Shown one piece after another: positions 39,151 to 48,507 of a stretch of DNA of 64,000 nucleotides. The number at the start of each line of letters is the position of its first letter. Within the stretch, counting starts at the first letter, position 1. Source of the stretch: Candidatus Yanofskybacteria bacterium RIFCSPLOWO2_02_FULL_41_13. Its GTDB lineage: Bacteria > Patescibacteriota > Minisyncoccia > 2-02-FULL-40-12 > GWA2-44-9. The stretch covers positions 3,326-67,325 of the forward strand of contig MGKQ01000017.1 of the NCBI GenBank assembly GCA_001795735.1, read 5' to 3'. Both the position numbers and the translations under genes were made by a program. The notes under the pieces are model-generated. The model was not told where the DNA came from and searched no databases. It worked only from the letters and a program-made list of their open reading frames with translations.

Positions 39151-40149
39151 TTATTTCCAAGAATTAGACCTGCTTAGAAGAGGCTGCCACCATTTGGGGT
39201 TATTCTTATACCAATTTAATGTTTCCTCGAGTCCTTCGTGCCATTTTATTTTTGGTTTCCAGCCAAGTTTTTTCATTTTGGAAGAATCGAGTAAGTATCT
39301 TGAATCGTGGCCGGGCCGATCAGGAACAATCTTTTTTAAGGTTTTAGGCTTTTTTAGGATAGCCAACACATCATCGGCTATATTAGTTACTGTTTTCTCA
39401 AGCCCCGTACCGACATTATAAGTTTCGCCCGCTCTTCCTTTTTCTAAAACTAAATCAATTGCTGAGCAGTGGTCGGAAACATGAATCCATTCTCTTTTAT
39501 TTCCCGAAGACTTAAATACGGGCAGGGGATCGTTCTGTATTGCCCTGATAGCAAAAACTGGAATTACTTTTTCCGGAAACTGATGAGTGCCGTAATTATT
39601 AGCGCAATAGCTTATTGTGACAGGCAAACCAAAGGTGTGATGATATGCCTTGGCTATTAAGTCACCCGAGGCCTTGGCGGCGTTATACGGAGTTCTAGGA
39701 TTATACGGTGACTTCTCAGAAAATTTTGATTTACTTTTAAGCGGTAGCTGGCCAAACACTTCACAAGTTGAGATATGATGAAATCTTTTTACCCCCGCCT
39801 GCCGTGCCGCCTCGAGAAGCACTGCGGTTCCCAACGCATTTGTTCTGGCAAAATCTACTGGAGAACTGACAGCTTTATTATTGTCAGATTCAGCCGCAAA
39901 ATTAACAATACAATCAATCTGATGCTTTTTAAGAACACTACTCATTGCATTATAGTCACCTATATCAGCTTTATAAAAATTATATCTTGAATCATCGGCA
40001 ATATCTCTGACATTTTCAGGATTACCACAATAAGTGAGTAGATCAACATTAACTAGGTTAATGTCTTTATATTTTTTTAGCAGATGGTGAATAAAGTGGC
40101 TACCGATAAATCCGCATCCACCGGTAACTAAAATGTTTTTATAGCTCAT
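39151..40149 (-). CDS. rfbB: dTDP-glucose 4,6-dehydratase
   Basis: VTGGCGFIGS, NFAAES, YNAAKA, QFPEK, DRPGHDSRY. Confidence 0.92.
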   Translation of the reverse strand: MSYKNILVTGGCGFIGSHFIHHLLKKYKDINLVNVDLLTYCGNPENVRDIADDSRYNFYKADIGDYNAMSSVLKKHQIDCIVNFAAESDNNKAVSSPVDFARTNALGTAVLLEAARQAGVKRFHHISTCEVFGQLPLKSKSKFSEKSPYNPRTPYNAAKASGDLIAKAYHHTFGLPVTISYCANNYGTHQFPEKVIPVFAIRAIQNDPLPVFKSSGNKREWIHVSDHCSAIDLVLEKGRAGETYNVGTGLEKTVTNIADDVLAILKKPKTLKKIVPDRPGHDSRYLLDSSKMKKLGWKPKIKWHEGLEETLNWYKNNPKWWQPLLSRSNSWK

Positions 40150-40342
40150 TGTTTTTTAATAAATTATCAATAAAATTTTCGAGCGGTGTTCGCCAATCAG
40201 TCTCAAGTTGACTATACATAAGTTTCAACGACTTTTCATCAGAAAAACCACTTTCTGCAAGCTTATTTAGCTTCTTTAGTATTCTCTTGTCTTGGTCACT
40301 GTCCAGAATATAAGGTGTTTTTGGATTAGGTGGTATTTTCAT
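40139..40342 (-). CDS. Small hypothetical protein (67 aa)
   Basis: ATG just downstream of the outer tRNA-Cys 3' end; MKIPPNPKTPYILDS..QLETDWRTPL; overlaps the rfbB start. Confidence 0.6.
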   Translation of the reverse strand: MKIPPNPKTPYILDSDQDKRILKKLNKLAESGFSDEKSLKLMYSQLETDWRTPLENFIDNLLKNNEL

Positions 40343-40385
40343 TGTGAGGTGCAGGCGGGGATTGCACCCGCGAATCGCGGTTTTG

Positions 40386-40547
40386 TCCCGATTGATAAAA
40401 AATCCTGGAGGCGGCAGGGAGAATCGAACTCCCGTATAGTTCTTTTGCAGAGAACTGCCTTGCCACTTGGCTATGCCGCCAAGATTTTTTATCAATCGCG
40501 GATCCTCGATTTCTATTTAAATCTTAATATATCTACAGAAATCGGGA
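40386..40547 (-). mobile_element. Two-armed palindromic element (copy C) carrying a tRNA gene
   Basis: TCCCGATT..AATCGAGGATCCGCGATT..AATCGGGA framework with enlarged arms. Confidence 0.75.
40406..40480 (-). tRNA. tRNA-Cys(GCA), intact, nested inside the element
   Basis: GGCGGCA..GTTCT-CTGCAAA-AGAAC..GGGAG-TTCGATT-CTCCC-TGCCGCC-TCCA. Confidence 0.95.
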
Positions 40548-40600
40548 CAGATGGTCGCGTTACTACTTCGCCACTGCACCATATTTTATATTACCACTTG

Positions 40601-40630
40601 CCTGCCCGCCGAAGCTTTAGCGAAGGCGGG
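40601..40630. repeat. REP-like palindrome
   Basis: CCTGCCCGCCGAAGCTTTAGCGAAGGCGGG. Confidence 0.6.
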
Positions 40631-40649
40631 GCTATGCCGCCATGAACTT

Positions 40650-42197
40650 CTAAACATTCCTTAATATCTTCTCCTCGTCATAAATCTCCAGCGTGTCGCC
40701 CTCTTTTATATCCCAATCAGACTGACCGGGTAATTTTTCGAATTTAAGACCGCATTCTGAGCCTTCCTTAACCTCACCCACGTCTTCTTTATTGTACTGA
40801 AGCTGAGTTATTCTACCGCTTAACAGCTTAGCGTTATTGCGCATAACATCGGCCAGTGCTCCTCTTCTAACTTTGCCGGAAGTGACTTTACCACCCACGA
40901 TTTGAAATCTGTTCTCAGTTTTAAAAACCGCCAGAATCTTAATTCTGCCCAACGTTACTCTTTTTATTTCAGGTTCAAGGAGATTAGACAGTTCTTTTCT
41001 TATGTACTCGACCAAGTCATAGATAATATCAAATGTAGAAATTTTAACATTTTCTTTTTCGGCTAACTTTGTAACGGAACTATCGGCTATAACTCTGAAT
41101 CCGACAATCTGGGCAGATGAGCCTATCGCCATTTTTACATCGCCCTCCGATATGTTGCCAATATCGTAATTAACCACCCGACAGACAACTTCTTTAGCAT
41201 TAATTACTCCCAAGGTAGATTCGATTGCTTCTAGAGAGCTTGAAACATCCGATTTAAAAATAATATTAAGATATTTTTTAGTACCATCTTCGGGCAGAGC
41301 GTCTTTAGATGCTCCCTTAAAGAGTTGAAACAGGGGAGCTGAGTCGGTATTGCTTCCTGCAATAATATCAGCTTCTTCTCTGGATGTTGATGCTTTAAAT
41401 TCTTTGCCGATACCGGGAGATGTCGGCCAGCCTAATATCTGGATCGGTTGAGACGGCGTTGCCTCATCAACCTGCTTGGCCAGAAAGTCTTCCATCATTT
41501 TGATTTTACCGACAATCGTGCCGACGACTATCCAATCGCCGGTTTTTAATATGCCTTTTTGAACAAGAGCTGTAGCGACATGACCTTTTCTCTTATCAAG
41601 ATGTGATTCAATAATTATTCCTGTCGCCGGCACGGAAATATCCTCTTCAAAATTCTCAAGCTCAGCTACAAGAAGAACCATCTCGAGTAATTCGTCTATA
41701 TTTTTATTTTGTTTAGCTGATATTTCAACTAAGGGAACTTTTCCTCCCCACTCCTCAACTAAAATATTTTCCGAGGCAAGATCTTGTTTTACTTTTTGAA
41801 CGTTTGCCCCGTCTTTATCTATTTTATTAACCGCAACAACAACCGGAATTTTTTCTTCATTAATAATACGGATAGCTTCCTTAGTCTGGGGTTTCACGCT
41901 TTCATCAGCGGCTACAACAAGGATAGCGATGTCGGCAACTTTAACTCCCCGAGATCTAATTGCGGCAAACGCCTCGTGCCCGGGCGTATCCAAAAAAGTA
42001 ATTGTTTTGCCCTTTATTTCCGTTTGATAAGCACCGATATGCTGAGTAATGCCGCCCGACTCTTTTTCTGCAATTTTAGTTTTTCTAATAGTGTCAAGCA
42101 GGCTGGTTTTGCCATGATCGACGTGACCTAAAACAACCACCACCGGCGGCCTGGTCTTTGGAACACTGCTTTTAGTATGGTTTTCATTCTCGGGCAT
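40650..42197 (-). CDS. infB: Translation initiation factor IF-2 (short form lacking the N-domain)
   Basis: RPPVVVVLGHVDHGKTSLLD, GGITQHIGAY, DTPGHEAF, NKID. Confidence 0.96.
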   Translation of the reverse strand: MPENENHTKSSVPKTRPPVVVVLGHVDHGKTSLLDTIRKTKIAEKESGGITQHIGAYQTEIKGKTITFLDTPGHEAFAAIRSRGVKVADIAILVVAADESVKPQTKEAIRIINEEKIPVVVAVNKIDKDGANVQKVKQDLASENILVEEWGGKVPLVEISAKQNKNIDELLEMVLLVAELENFEEDISVPATGIIIESHLDKRKGHVATALVQKGILKTGDWIVVGTIVGKIKMMEDFLAKQVDEATPSQPIQILGWPTSPGIGKEFKASTSREEADIIAGSNTDSAPLFQLFKGASKDALPEDGTKKYLNIIFKSDVSSSLEAIESTLGVINAKEVVCRVVNYDIGNISEGDVKMAIGSSAQIVGFRVIADSSVTKLAEKENVKISTFDIIYDLVEYIRKELSNLLEPEIKRVTLGRIKILAVFKTENRFQIVGGKVTSGKVRRGALADVMRNNAKLLSGRITQLQYNKEDVGEVKEGSECGLKFEKLPGQSDWDIKEGDTLEIYDEEKILRNV

Positions 42198-42408
42198 CTC
42201 AGTAAGATTACTTCGAATTACGCCTTAAATAATTTTTAGAAAAGACAAAATTATTCGAAATAACCACTAACCATAGATCAAGCCCAAAATTACCTTGAGG
42301 CATCATAAAAATCTATTCAAACGTAGCTCCACTGGGCATGCCAAAAGTCTAGCATTTTTCTAGCTTTTTTACAAACTAAGAACACCCTTTCGCGGCAGGT
42401 CTAATTGC

Positions 42409-42570
42409 CTATTTTATGATGAGTCTCACTATCACCATTCCCACATATATGCTAACCACACCGAGAACTCCGCCTAAAACCGACGGTGCCGGTATGGGCA
42501 GTCTAAATAAAGAGAATATTATCCCAACCGTTAGGCCGACCGCGATTGATTTAAGTATTTCTGCCATCAT
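42409..42570 (-). CDS. XapX/DUF1427 small membrane protein (53 aa)
   Basis: Own translation: MMAEILKSIAVGLTVGIIFSLFRLPIPAPSVLGGVLGVVSIYVG; LPIPAP signature; below the ORF-track cutoff. Confidence 0.75.
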   Translation of the reverse strand: MMAEILKSIAVGLTVGIIFSLFRLPIPAPSVLGGVLGVVSIYVGMVIVRLIIK

Positions 42571-42902
42571 TATTTAATATACCACTTTTTGTTTAATACT
42601 TCTTTAGGTCTAAGACTATTTTTGCAAAAGTATCTGGCCGTCATTGACTGCCGTTCCGTAGCTTAAGAGAATATTTTTGGGCAATATCCAGGTTCTTTTC
42701 GGCATTTGGTTCATTTTTTACTTCCTCGTTCCGGCCGGTTAGGGCTGAGTACAAAGAGTTGATTAAATTCCATGTTTAATTATAAATTCAAAAAGCTATT
42801 TAATATAATGAGATTATCAACAGATGGTCAGTTTTTTTATTGCAATAATTTACGATTCGAGTAGTTTAGTGATAAGGACAGGAACATTAAAAAGGATTTA
42901 AT

Positions 42903-44057
42903 ATGAAAGAAGAGAGAGACGATCCGATAGAAAGTTACCTTAAACCCAGATTAGCTAAGTTCGGGATAGCTCTTGGCAGGGGATTTCTTCCGCCAACAGA
43001 TCCTTTAACCTTGATGCCGGGCGAGTTCGGCTACTTAGATGTTTTTGGTAAGCAGATTCCTGATTTGCTTGAATCGGGAAACATTATCCAAGCGGCCAAA
43101 TCTCTACCCCTGCCTTCACAAAATGCCTTAGCCGTTCTTAGTCGGGCTGAAAAAGACAGGGCGATGATGATTTACGGTTTCGGGGCAAGTGCAGTTGTTC
43201 ACTCAACTAATCCGCCCCAGACCGTGATACCAAGACAAATTGCTGAACCTCTCTGCCGGCTTTCAAATGACTTTGGCAAAAAACCGATTCTTTCCTACTA
43301 TTCATACTCTTCGTCTAACTGGAGAAGGATTAATCCGGCAAATGACATAGCGCTCGGCAATATTGAACTTCTTCAGAATTTTGTGAAGGCCTATGACGAG
43401 GATTGGTTTATTTTAGTCCATGCGGCCATTGAGAAAAAAGCGGCTCTTGTGGTTGAAGGGGGGATTTTAGCCGCCGATATTGCTAAAGCAAGCAATACTC
43501 ATCTTCTTTGGCATGCATTATCAGATGTGAGTTCGGCCATTTGGGGAATGACGGTAGTCTTAAAGAGAATGCCCGAGCATTGCTCTCCGGATGTTTACTA
43601 TAAAACAGTTCGTCCGTGGATAATGCCTTTTAGCGATGTCGTTTTTGAAGGCGTCAGAGATGATCCGATAAAAGTATTGAGAGGTGAAACCGGCGCTCAA
43701 AGCCTGATCATCCCCTTTCTCGTTGCGTTACTGGGCATAAAACACGGGCAAACAGGACTGACTAACCATCTTATGGATATGCGTGATTACATGCCCCCCG
43801 GACACAGGATATTAGTTGAAGAAATGGAAAAAATCTCGATTATACGAAACTTGATAATCAAAACAGGCTTCAGGAATTTAGTAGAAATTTATAATGAATG
43901 TCTTGAAATGCTTTATGAATTCAGAGCTTTACATTACGAATACGCCATAACTTACATTCATAAGAAAACTGATAATCCTGAAGGAACCGGTAAAACTCCG
44001 TTCATGGAATGGTTAAAACAGCTGATGAACGAGACGCTGGAGCATAAAATAACTTAA
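42903..44057 (+). CDS. Indoleamine 2,3-dioxygenase-like heme protein (IDO/PrnB family)
   Basis: RGFLP, PILSY, NWRR, EDWFILVH, RGETGAQS, MRDYMPPGH, FRALH..YI, GTGKTPF. Confidence 0.85.
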   Translation: MKEERDDPIESYLKPRLAKFGIALGRGFLPPTDPLTLMPGEFGYLDVFGKQIPDLLESGNIIQAAKSLPLPSQNALAVLSRAEKDRAMMIYGFGASAVVHSTNPPQTVIPRQIAEPLCRLSNDFGKKPILSYYSYSSSNWRRINPANDIALGNIELLQNFVKAYDEDWFILVHAAIEKKAALVVEGGILAADIAKASNTHLLWHALSDVSSAIWGMTVVLKRMPEHCSPDVYYKTVRPWIMPFSDVVFEGVRDDPIKVLRGETGAQSLIIPFLVALLGIKHGQTGLTNHLMDMRDYMPPGHRILVEEMEKISIIRNLIIKTGFRNLVEIYNECLEMLYEFRALHYEYAITYIHKKTDNPEGTGKTPFMEWLKQLMNETLEHKIT

Positions 44058-44076
44058 ACGGCTAAAGCCGTTTTTT
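44056..44076 (+). terminator. Intrinsic terminator
   Basis: AAACGGCT-AA-AGCCGTTT followed by a T-run. Confidence 0.6.
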
Positions 44077-44124
44077 GGTTGAAAAAACCCAATTATGTGT
44101 TAAAATTAATTATCTAATTATTTT

Positions 44125-44199
44125 GTCGGTGTAGCTCAGTGGTAGAGCACTTCCCTCATAAAGAAGTTGTCGCAGGTTCGATCCCTGCCACCGACACCA
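44125..44199 (+). tRNA. tRNA with CAT anticodon (elongator Met or Ile2)
   Basis: GTCGGTG..TAGCTCAGTGGTAGAGC..CTCATAA..GGTTCGATCCC..CACCGACACCA; G1:C72 paired, so not initiator. Confidence 0.9.
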
Positions 44200-44210
44200 C
44201 ATCTGATGCA

Positions 44211-45491
44211 ATGAAAACAACTTTTAACCACAATTTTCACAAATTTGATTCAGGTTTACGCCTGATTACTATTCCCATGCCGTCGACAAAAACGGCGACG
44301 GTTTTTGTTTTAGTTGGAACTGGTTCCAAGTATGAAGCTAAAAATATAAACGGCATTTCGCATTTTCTTGAGCATATGATGTTTAAGGGAACGGAAAAAA
44401 GGCCGGGAACGATGGATATTGCCAGAGAGCTCGATTCTATCGGTGCCGAATATAATGCTTTCACTGGCAAGGAGTATACCGGCTACTATGCTAAAGCCAG
44501 CGCTGAGAAGTTGGATACGGTAATGGACGTCGTATTTGATATTTTTCTTAACTCAAAGTTATCAGAAGAGGAGATAGCTATTGAAAAGGGAGTTATTGTT
44601 GAGGAAATAAACATGTATCGAGATTTACCTCAGCGCCATGTCGGAGATCTGATCGAGGAGCTTTTATATGGCAATCAGCCGGCCGGATGGACTATTACCG
44701 GCGAAAAAGAAATTGTCATCGGTCTCAAGCGTGACGACTTTGTTAATTATTTTAATTCTCACTATGTTGCCGAGAACACAATCGTTGCCATAGCTGGCAG
44801 TGTTGATCCAGAAGAGGTTAAGAATAAGGTTGAAAAATATTTTAAGAACATTCGTCACGGTAAATTAATCGGCAAGCCGGCGGTAAAAGAGGAACAAAAT
44901 GAGCTAAAACTGCTTCTTAACTTCAAAGAAACCGACCAGTCTCATTTTATTTTAGCATTTAGATCTTTCGATATATTTGATGAGAGAAAATATGCCTTAG
45001 CCGTTTTAGCTAAAGTGTTGGGCGGAGGAATGGCTTCAAGGTTGTTCTATGAAGTCAGAGAGAGAAGAGGGTTGGCTTACTATGTCAGGGCAGAGGCGAA
45101 TCCTTATACTGACAGCGGTTATCTTGCCATTAGTGCTGGAGTGAATAACGAAAAAGCTCCGGAGGCGATAAAGGTTATTTTAGCTGAGGCAAACAAAATA
45201 AAGGAGAGTGGTATTACCGATAAAGAGCTTCAAGGGGCCAAAGACAATGCTGAGGGAGGGATGGCTTTGAGCTTAGAACATTCTGATGGAGTAGCGATGA
45301 ATTATGCCGATTCAATTTTATTCCATAAGAAGGTTTTGACCCCGGAGGAAGAACTCGGTAAAATAAAGAGAGTAACCATTGAGGATGTTCATGGGGTGGC
45401 CAAGGATATCTTTAGCAATAAGGGATTAAATCTAGCCCTTATCGGACCGTTTAAAGACGAGGACAAATTTAAAGAAATTTTAAAACTTTAA
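44211..45491 (+). CDS. M16 family zinc peptidase
   Basis: GISHFLEHMMFKGT (HxxEH), NAFTGKEYT, SRLFYEVRERRGLAY. Confidence 0.93.
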   Translation: MKTTFNHNFHKFDSGLRLITIPMPSTKTATVFVLVGTGSKYEAKNINGISHFLEHMMFKGTEKRPGTMDIARELDSIGAEYNAFTGKEYTGYYAKASAEKLDTVMDVVFDIFLNSKLSEEEIAIEKGVIVEEINMYRDLPQRHVGDLIEELLYGNQPAGWTITGEKEIVIGLKRDDFVNYFNSHYVAENTIVAIAGSVDPEEVKNKVEKYFKNIRHGKLIGKPAVKEEQNELKLLLNFKETDQSHFILAFRSFDIFDERKYALAVLAKVLGGGMASRLFYEVRERRGLAYYVRAEANPYTDSGYLAISAGVNNEKAPEAIKVILAEANKIKESGITDKELQGAKDNAEGGMALSLEHSDGVAMNYADSILFHKKVLTPEEELGKIKRVTIEDVHGVAKDIFSNKGLNLALIGPFKDEDKFKEILKL

Positions 45492-45513
45492 TTTATCGGA
45501 ACTTACGACTGAC

Positions 45514-46578
45514 GTGCCAAACGAACACATTCACGTACAACTAAATACCAACACCATTTTAAGAGGAATACTCTGGATTGTTTTCTTTATACTGCTGTAT
45601 GTTCTGAAGGACGTAATAATTATATTTCTTTTTGCAATTATTATAGCTTCATCAATATCGCCGTTTGCCAACTGGCTGGATTCAAAAGGGCTTCCTCGTT
45701 TGTTCGGAGTCTTGGGCCTCTATCTGTTGGTTTTAGGATCAATTGTTTTCGTACTTTCTCTAGTGGTGCCGTATATTGCTGAAGAAGTTTCTCAATTATC
45801 AACTACGCTCCCCAACATTGTTCAAAGGCTATCAAGCTCGCTTGAGGATGTTCAACAGGGATCGCCTCAGTATTTTGATTTTGTCAGCGAGATACAGAAC
45901 ATGCTTGATACTTTTTCTGTCTATCTTCAGCAATCATCGCAGTCTGTTCTAAGCTTAGTTGTCAGTATTTTTGGAGGAGTGTTATCGTTTATCGCAATAA
46001 TCATAATTTCTTTTTATCTTGCAGTGATGAAGCGGGGGATAGAAAGTTTTATAGAATCGGTAGTTCCGGCGCGTCAGGAAGCTTATGTTATGGATCTATG
46101 GAAAAGGTCAGAAGCCAAAGTCGGACGCTGGATTCAGGGCCAATTGCTCCTAGCTCTCATAGTCGGCTTAACCGTATATATCGGCCTCTCTTTGATGGGT
46201 ATTAAGTTTGCTCTTGTTCTGGGTATTCTGGCTATGGCTTTTGAAATAGTTCCGATTGTCGGTCCGGTATTGGCGGCTATTCCGGCGGTTTTCTTTGCTT
46301 TTTTACAGGATCCGGGACTGGGCTTATGGGTTATAATTTTTTACATACTTGTTCAGCAGTTGGAAAATCACCTGTTAGTTCCGGTAGTATTAGGCAAAAC
46401 AACCGGGCTAAATCCCGTAGTTGTCATTATGGCGTTGTTAATCGGCAACCAGATTGCCGGGATTTCTGGAATGGTGCTGTCTGTTCCAATCGCAACTGTA
46501 ATCGTTGAGATGCTGGAAGATTTGGCAAAACATAAGGAAGAGGCGAAACATAATGGCACCACACCGGTGGTGCAATGA
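45514..46578 (+). CDS. AI-2E family (PerM-like) transporter
   Basis: Multiple TMs, WIQGQLL, VPIVGP, QQLENHLLVP, GLNP. Confidence 0.9.
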   Translation: MPNEHIHVQLNTNTILRGILWIVFFILLYVLKDVIIIFLFAIIIASSISPFANWLDSKGLPRLFGVLGLYLLVLGSIVFVLSLVVPYIAEEVSQLSTTLPNIVQRLSSSLEDVQQGSPQYFDFVSEIQNMLDTFSVYLQQSSQSVLSLVVSIFGGVLSFIAIIIISFYLAVMKRGIESFIESVVPARQEAYVMDLWKRSEAKVGRWIQGQLLLALIVGLTVYIGLSLMGIKFALVLGILAMAFEIVPIVGPVLAAIPAVFFAFLQDPGLGLWVIIFYILVQQLENHLLVPVVLGKTTGLNPVVVIMALLIGNQIAGISGMVLSVPIATVIVEMLEDLAKHKEEAKHNGTTPVVQ

Positions 46579-46693
46579 CCAATTTCCAATTTCCAATTTC
46601 CAATGAATTTTCAATAGTTCAATGTTCTAAACAATTAAAGCATTGGTAAATTGATATATTCAATGAAAATTGAGAATTGGTAATTGAAAATTA
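46579..46693. repeat. Heptamer-repeat inverted element
   Basis: (CCAATTT)x3 at left and degenerate complement (GAAAATT/GAGAATT/GGTAATT) at right. Confidence 0.6.
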
Positions 46694-46695
46694 CG

Positions 46696-47397
46696 ATGTT
46701 ATACATCGTAGCTACTCCGATAGGAAATCTAGAAGACATTACTCTGCGGGCTATCAGCGTACTGGGGTCCGCTGATTTTATTTTGGCCGAAGACACGAGG
46801 GTTACCCGAGTATTATTAGATAGGTATAATATAAGGGTGCCTGTTATTTCTTATCACCAGCATAGCAAAATACAGAAAGTCGATCACATTATTGACCTGT
46901 TAAGAGAAGACAAGAAGCTTGCCCTTGTAACTGATGCCGGAACGCCGGGGATAAATGATCCGGGTAATTTCCTGGTCAGCAAGGTATTGGAGGCATTGTC
47001 AGATTGCAAAGTTGTTCCTATTCCCGGACCCAATGCGGCGATAACCGCTTTGAGTGTAAGCGGGTTTCCGATGGATAAGTTTGTGTATCTTGGATTTCCC
47101 CCTCATAAAAAAGGTCGGCAGACATTTTTTAAAAGAATTGGCCAGATTGAAGAAACTGTGGTATTCTATGAATCCAAATACAGGGTGATGAAAGCCTTAG
47201 AAGAATTAAGGGGGGTGTCTAAAATAGAGAGTAGGTCAGTAATGATTGCCCGTGAGCTGACTAAGCAATTTGAAACAATATATCGTGGAACACTTGATCA
47301 GATTGAGATGGAGATGAAAGCCAACAAAAACAGCACGCTAGGCGAGTTTGTGGTGGTGATTAGTCCGAGAGGAAAAAATAATAGGGAAGAATCTTAG
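46696..47397 (+). CDS. rsmI: 16S rRNA C1402 2'-O-methyltransferase
   Basis: LYIVATPIGNLEDIT, AEDTR, DAGTPGINDPG, ARELTK. Confidence 0.95.
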   Translation: MLYIVATPIGNLEDITLRAISVLGSADFILAEDTRVTRVLLDRYNIRVPVISYHQHSKIQKVDHIIDLLREDKKLALVTDAGTPGINDPGNFLVSKVLEALSDCKVVPIPGPNAAITALSVSGFPMDKFVYLGFPPHKKGRQTFFKRIGQIEETVVFYESKYRVMKALEELRGVSKIESRSVMIARELTKQFETIYRGTLDQIEMEMKANKNSTLGEFVVVISPRGKNNREES

Positions 47398-47410
47398 TTT
47401 AGAATGCAGC

Positions 47411-47475
47411 TGGCTTAGTCAAATTCAAGGCAAAATTGAGCAAGAGAAGATTTTAACGAAGATGTTGGCTAAGAG
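47411..47475 (+). repeat. Rod-like intergenic repeat (short version of 15641-15741)
   Basis: CTTAGTCAA-ATTCAAGGCAAAATTGAG..AGATTTTAACGAAGA-TGTTGGCTAAG. Confidence 0.5.
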
Positions 47476-47527
47476 TGTACTGCCGTAATCGAGCCTGGCT
47501 CGATGGCAAAGCGATTAGCAAGTTATA

Positions 47528-47575
47528 ATGAATAAATATTTTATCTCAACTGCGATACCTTGCCAAGTCTGGTAA
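47528..47575 (+). pseudogene. Abandoned metG 5' stub 1
   Basis: Translates MNKYFISTAIP(CQVW*), matching the MetRS N-terminus. Confidence 0.7.
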
Positions 47576-47583
47576 ATTAAAAA

Positions 47584-48486
47584 ATGATAATCTCTGCTCC
47601 TGAAAATATATCAGATTTTTTAAAATCACGAGACTCATTTCTAATTGTCAAAGATAAAAAAACAGAGTTTCGGGTACTGGATAAAGATCCCAGGCATATT
47701 AGCTTCGATGGTAGTTTCAAGTTGATGACTATTTCTGCAAAAGGAATTGCCAATCTCAGCAATTACTATAATCAGATCGGCCTTTTGCAGGTATATTATA
47801 GATTTTTAGGAACGCAATCTATTGAGGATGATATATTCTTGCTTCATGGTTCAGCAGCGATATCTAATAATGGCAGAACTGTTTTATTCGGAGATAGCGG
47901 ACGTTCAATAGGCAAAACATTGTCTTCAATGGAGCTGGCTCGTCTAAGCAGTCAATACATCGCTGACGAGTTTGTGTTTTTTGACATCAACTCTTTTGAG
48001 ATTTTTTCAGATGACAATATTCCGATACATGCCCGACAAAAAACAGTGGACCATTTTGCCAAAGAACACGGTATGGTTATAACCAATGAGTTTTTTGATA
48101 AGCAAGAGTTGGGCTGGAAATTTATAAAAAAAGCAGGATTGGATTTAATTGTGTACGTTAACTTTTCCGAAGGCAAGGAGGGCCTAGAAGAATTGTCCAC
48201 TGATATTGCCGCAAAATACGCCATGGTTACACTATCCGCCCATTTAGAGAAGATGCTTAATCCAAGCCTCGATCGATTTCAGTTCGACTCCCAAAAGGAC
48301 ATGGTCAATATGGATAATAGTCAGTTTGAGAAAGCTAGACAAAAAGTAATCTTTGATAGGCTGAGCTCGCGGCTTAAAGATGCTTCTTTAAAAATTGGGC
48401 ATAATATTCCTAGTTTTGAGTTGTCCGTAAAGACCCCTTGCAGTGTCCCGCTTTATATTGATACTATTACTAGCAAGAATAGATAA
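47584..48486 (+). CDS. HPr-kinase-like P-loop protein
   Basis: FLLHGSA..VLFGDSGRSIGKT..YIADE pattern of HprK-related kinases. Confidence 0.65.
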   Translation: MIISAPENISDFLKSRDSFLIVKDKKTEFRVLDKDPRHISFDGSFKLMTISAKGIANLSNYYNQIGLLQVYYRFLGTQSIEDDIFLLHGSAAISNNGRTVLFGDSGRSIGKTLSSMELARLSSQYIADEFVFFDINSFEIFSDDNIPIHARQKTVDHFAKEHGMVITNEFFDKQELGWKFIKKAGLDLIVYVNFSEGKEGLEELSTDIAAKYAMVTLSAHLEKMLNPSLDRFQFDSQKDMVNMDNSQFEKARQKVIFDRLSSRLKDASLKIGHNIPSFELSVKTPCSVPLYIDTITSKNR

Positions 48487-48507
48487 ATTAATTAATTTAC
48501 ATATACA

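Larger units (their letters stand above)
40347..40580 (-). pseudogene. Outer tRNA-Cys split in its anticodon by a 162-bp insertion
   Basis: 5' half GGTGCAGTGGCGAAGTAGTAACGCGACCATCTG and 3' half CAAAACCGCGATTCGCGGGTGCAATCCCCGCCTGCACCT; joined loop CT-GCA-AA; perfect acceptor and T stems, mismatched anticodon stem. Confidence 0.8.

Noticed and set aside
40386-40547. Group I intron or archaeal-type tRNA intron
   Set aside because: Too short once the inner tRNA is discounted, no P7/catalytic core or bulge-helix-bulge seen, and it matches a dispersed DNA repeat family
40139-40645. ORFs 40139..40495 (long form) and 40292..40645
   Set aside because: They translate tRNA and repeat sequence; only the 67-aa part from ATG 40342 is plausible
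42590-42800. Short minus-strand ORF fragments upstream of the XapX gene
   Set aside because: No consistent start or frame and no recognisable motif; possibly a remnant but unsupported
44139-44210. N-terminal extension of the M16 peptidase
   Set aside because: Overlaps the tRNA(CAT) gene; ATG 44211 used instead
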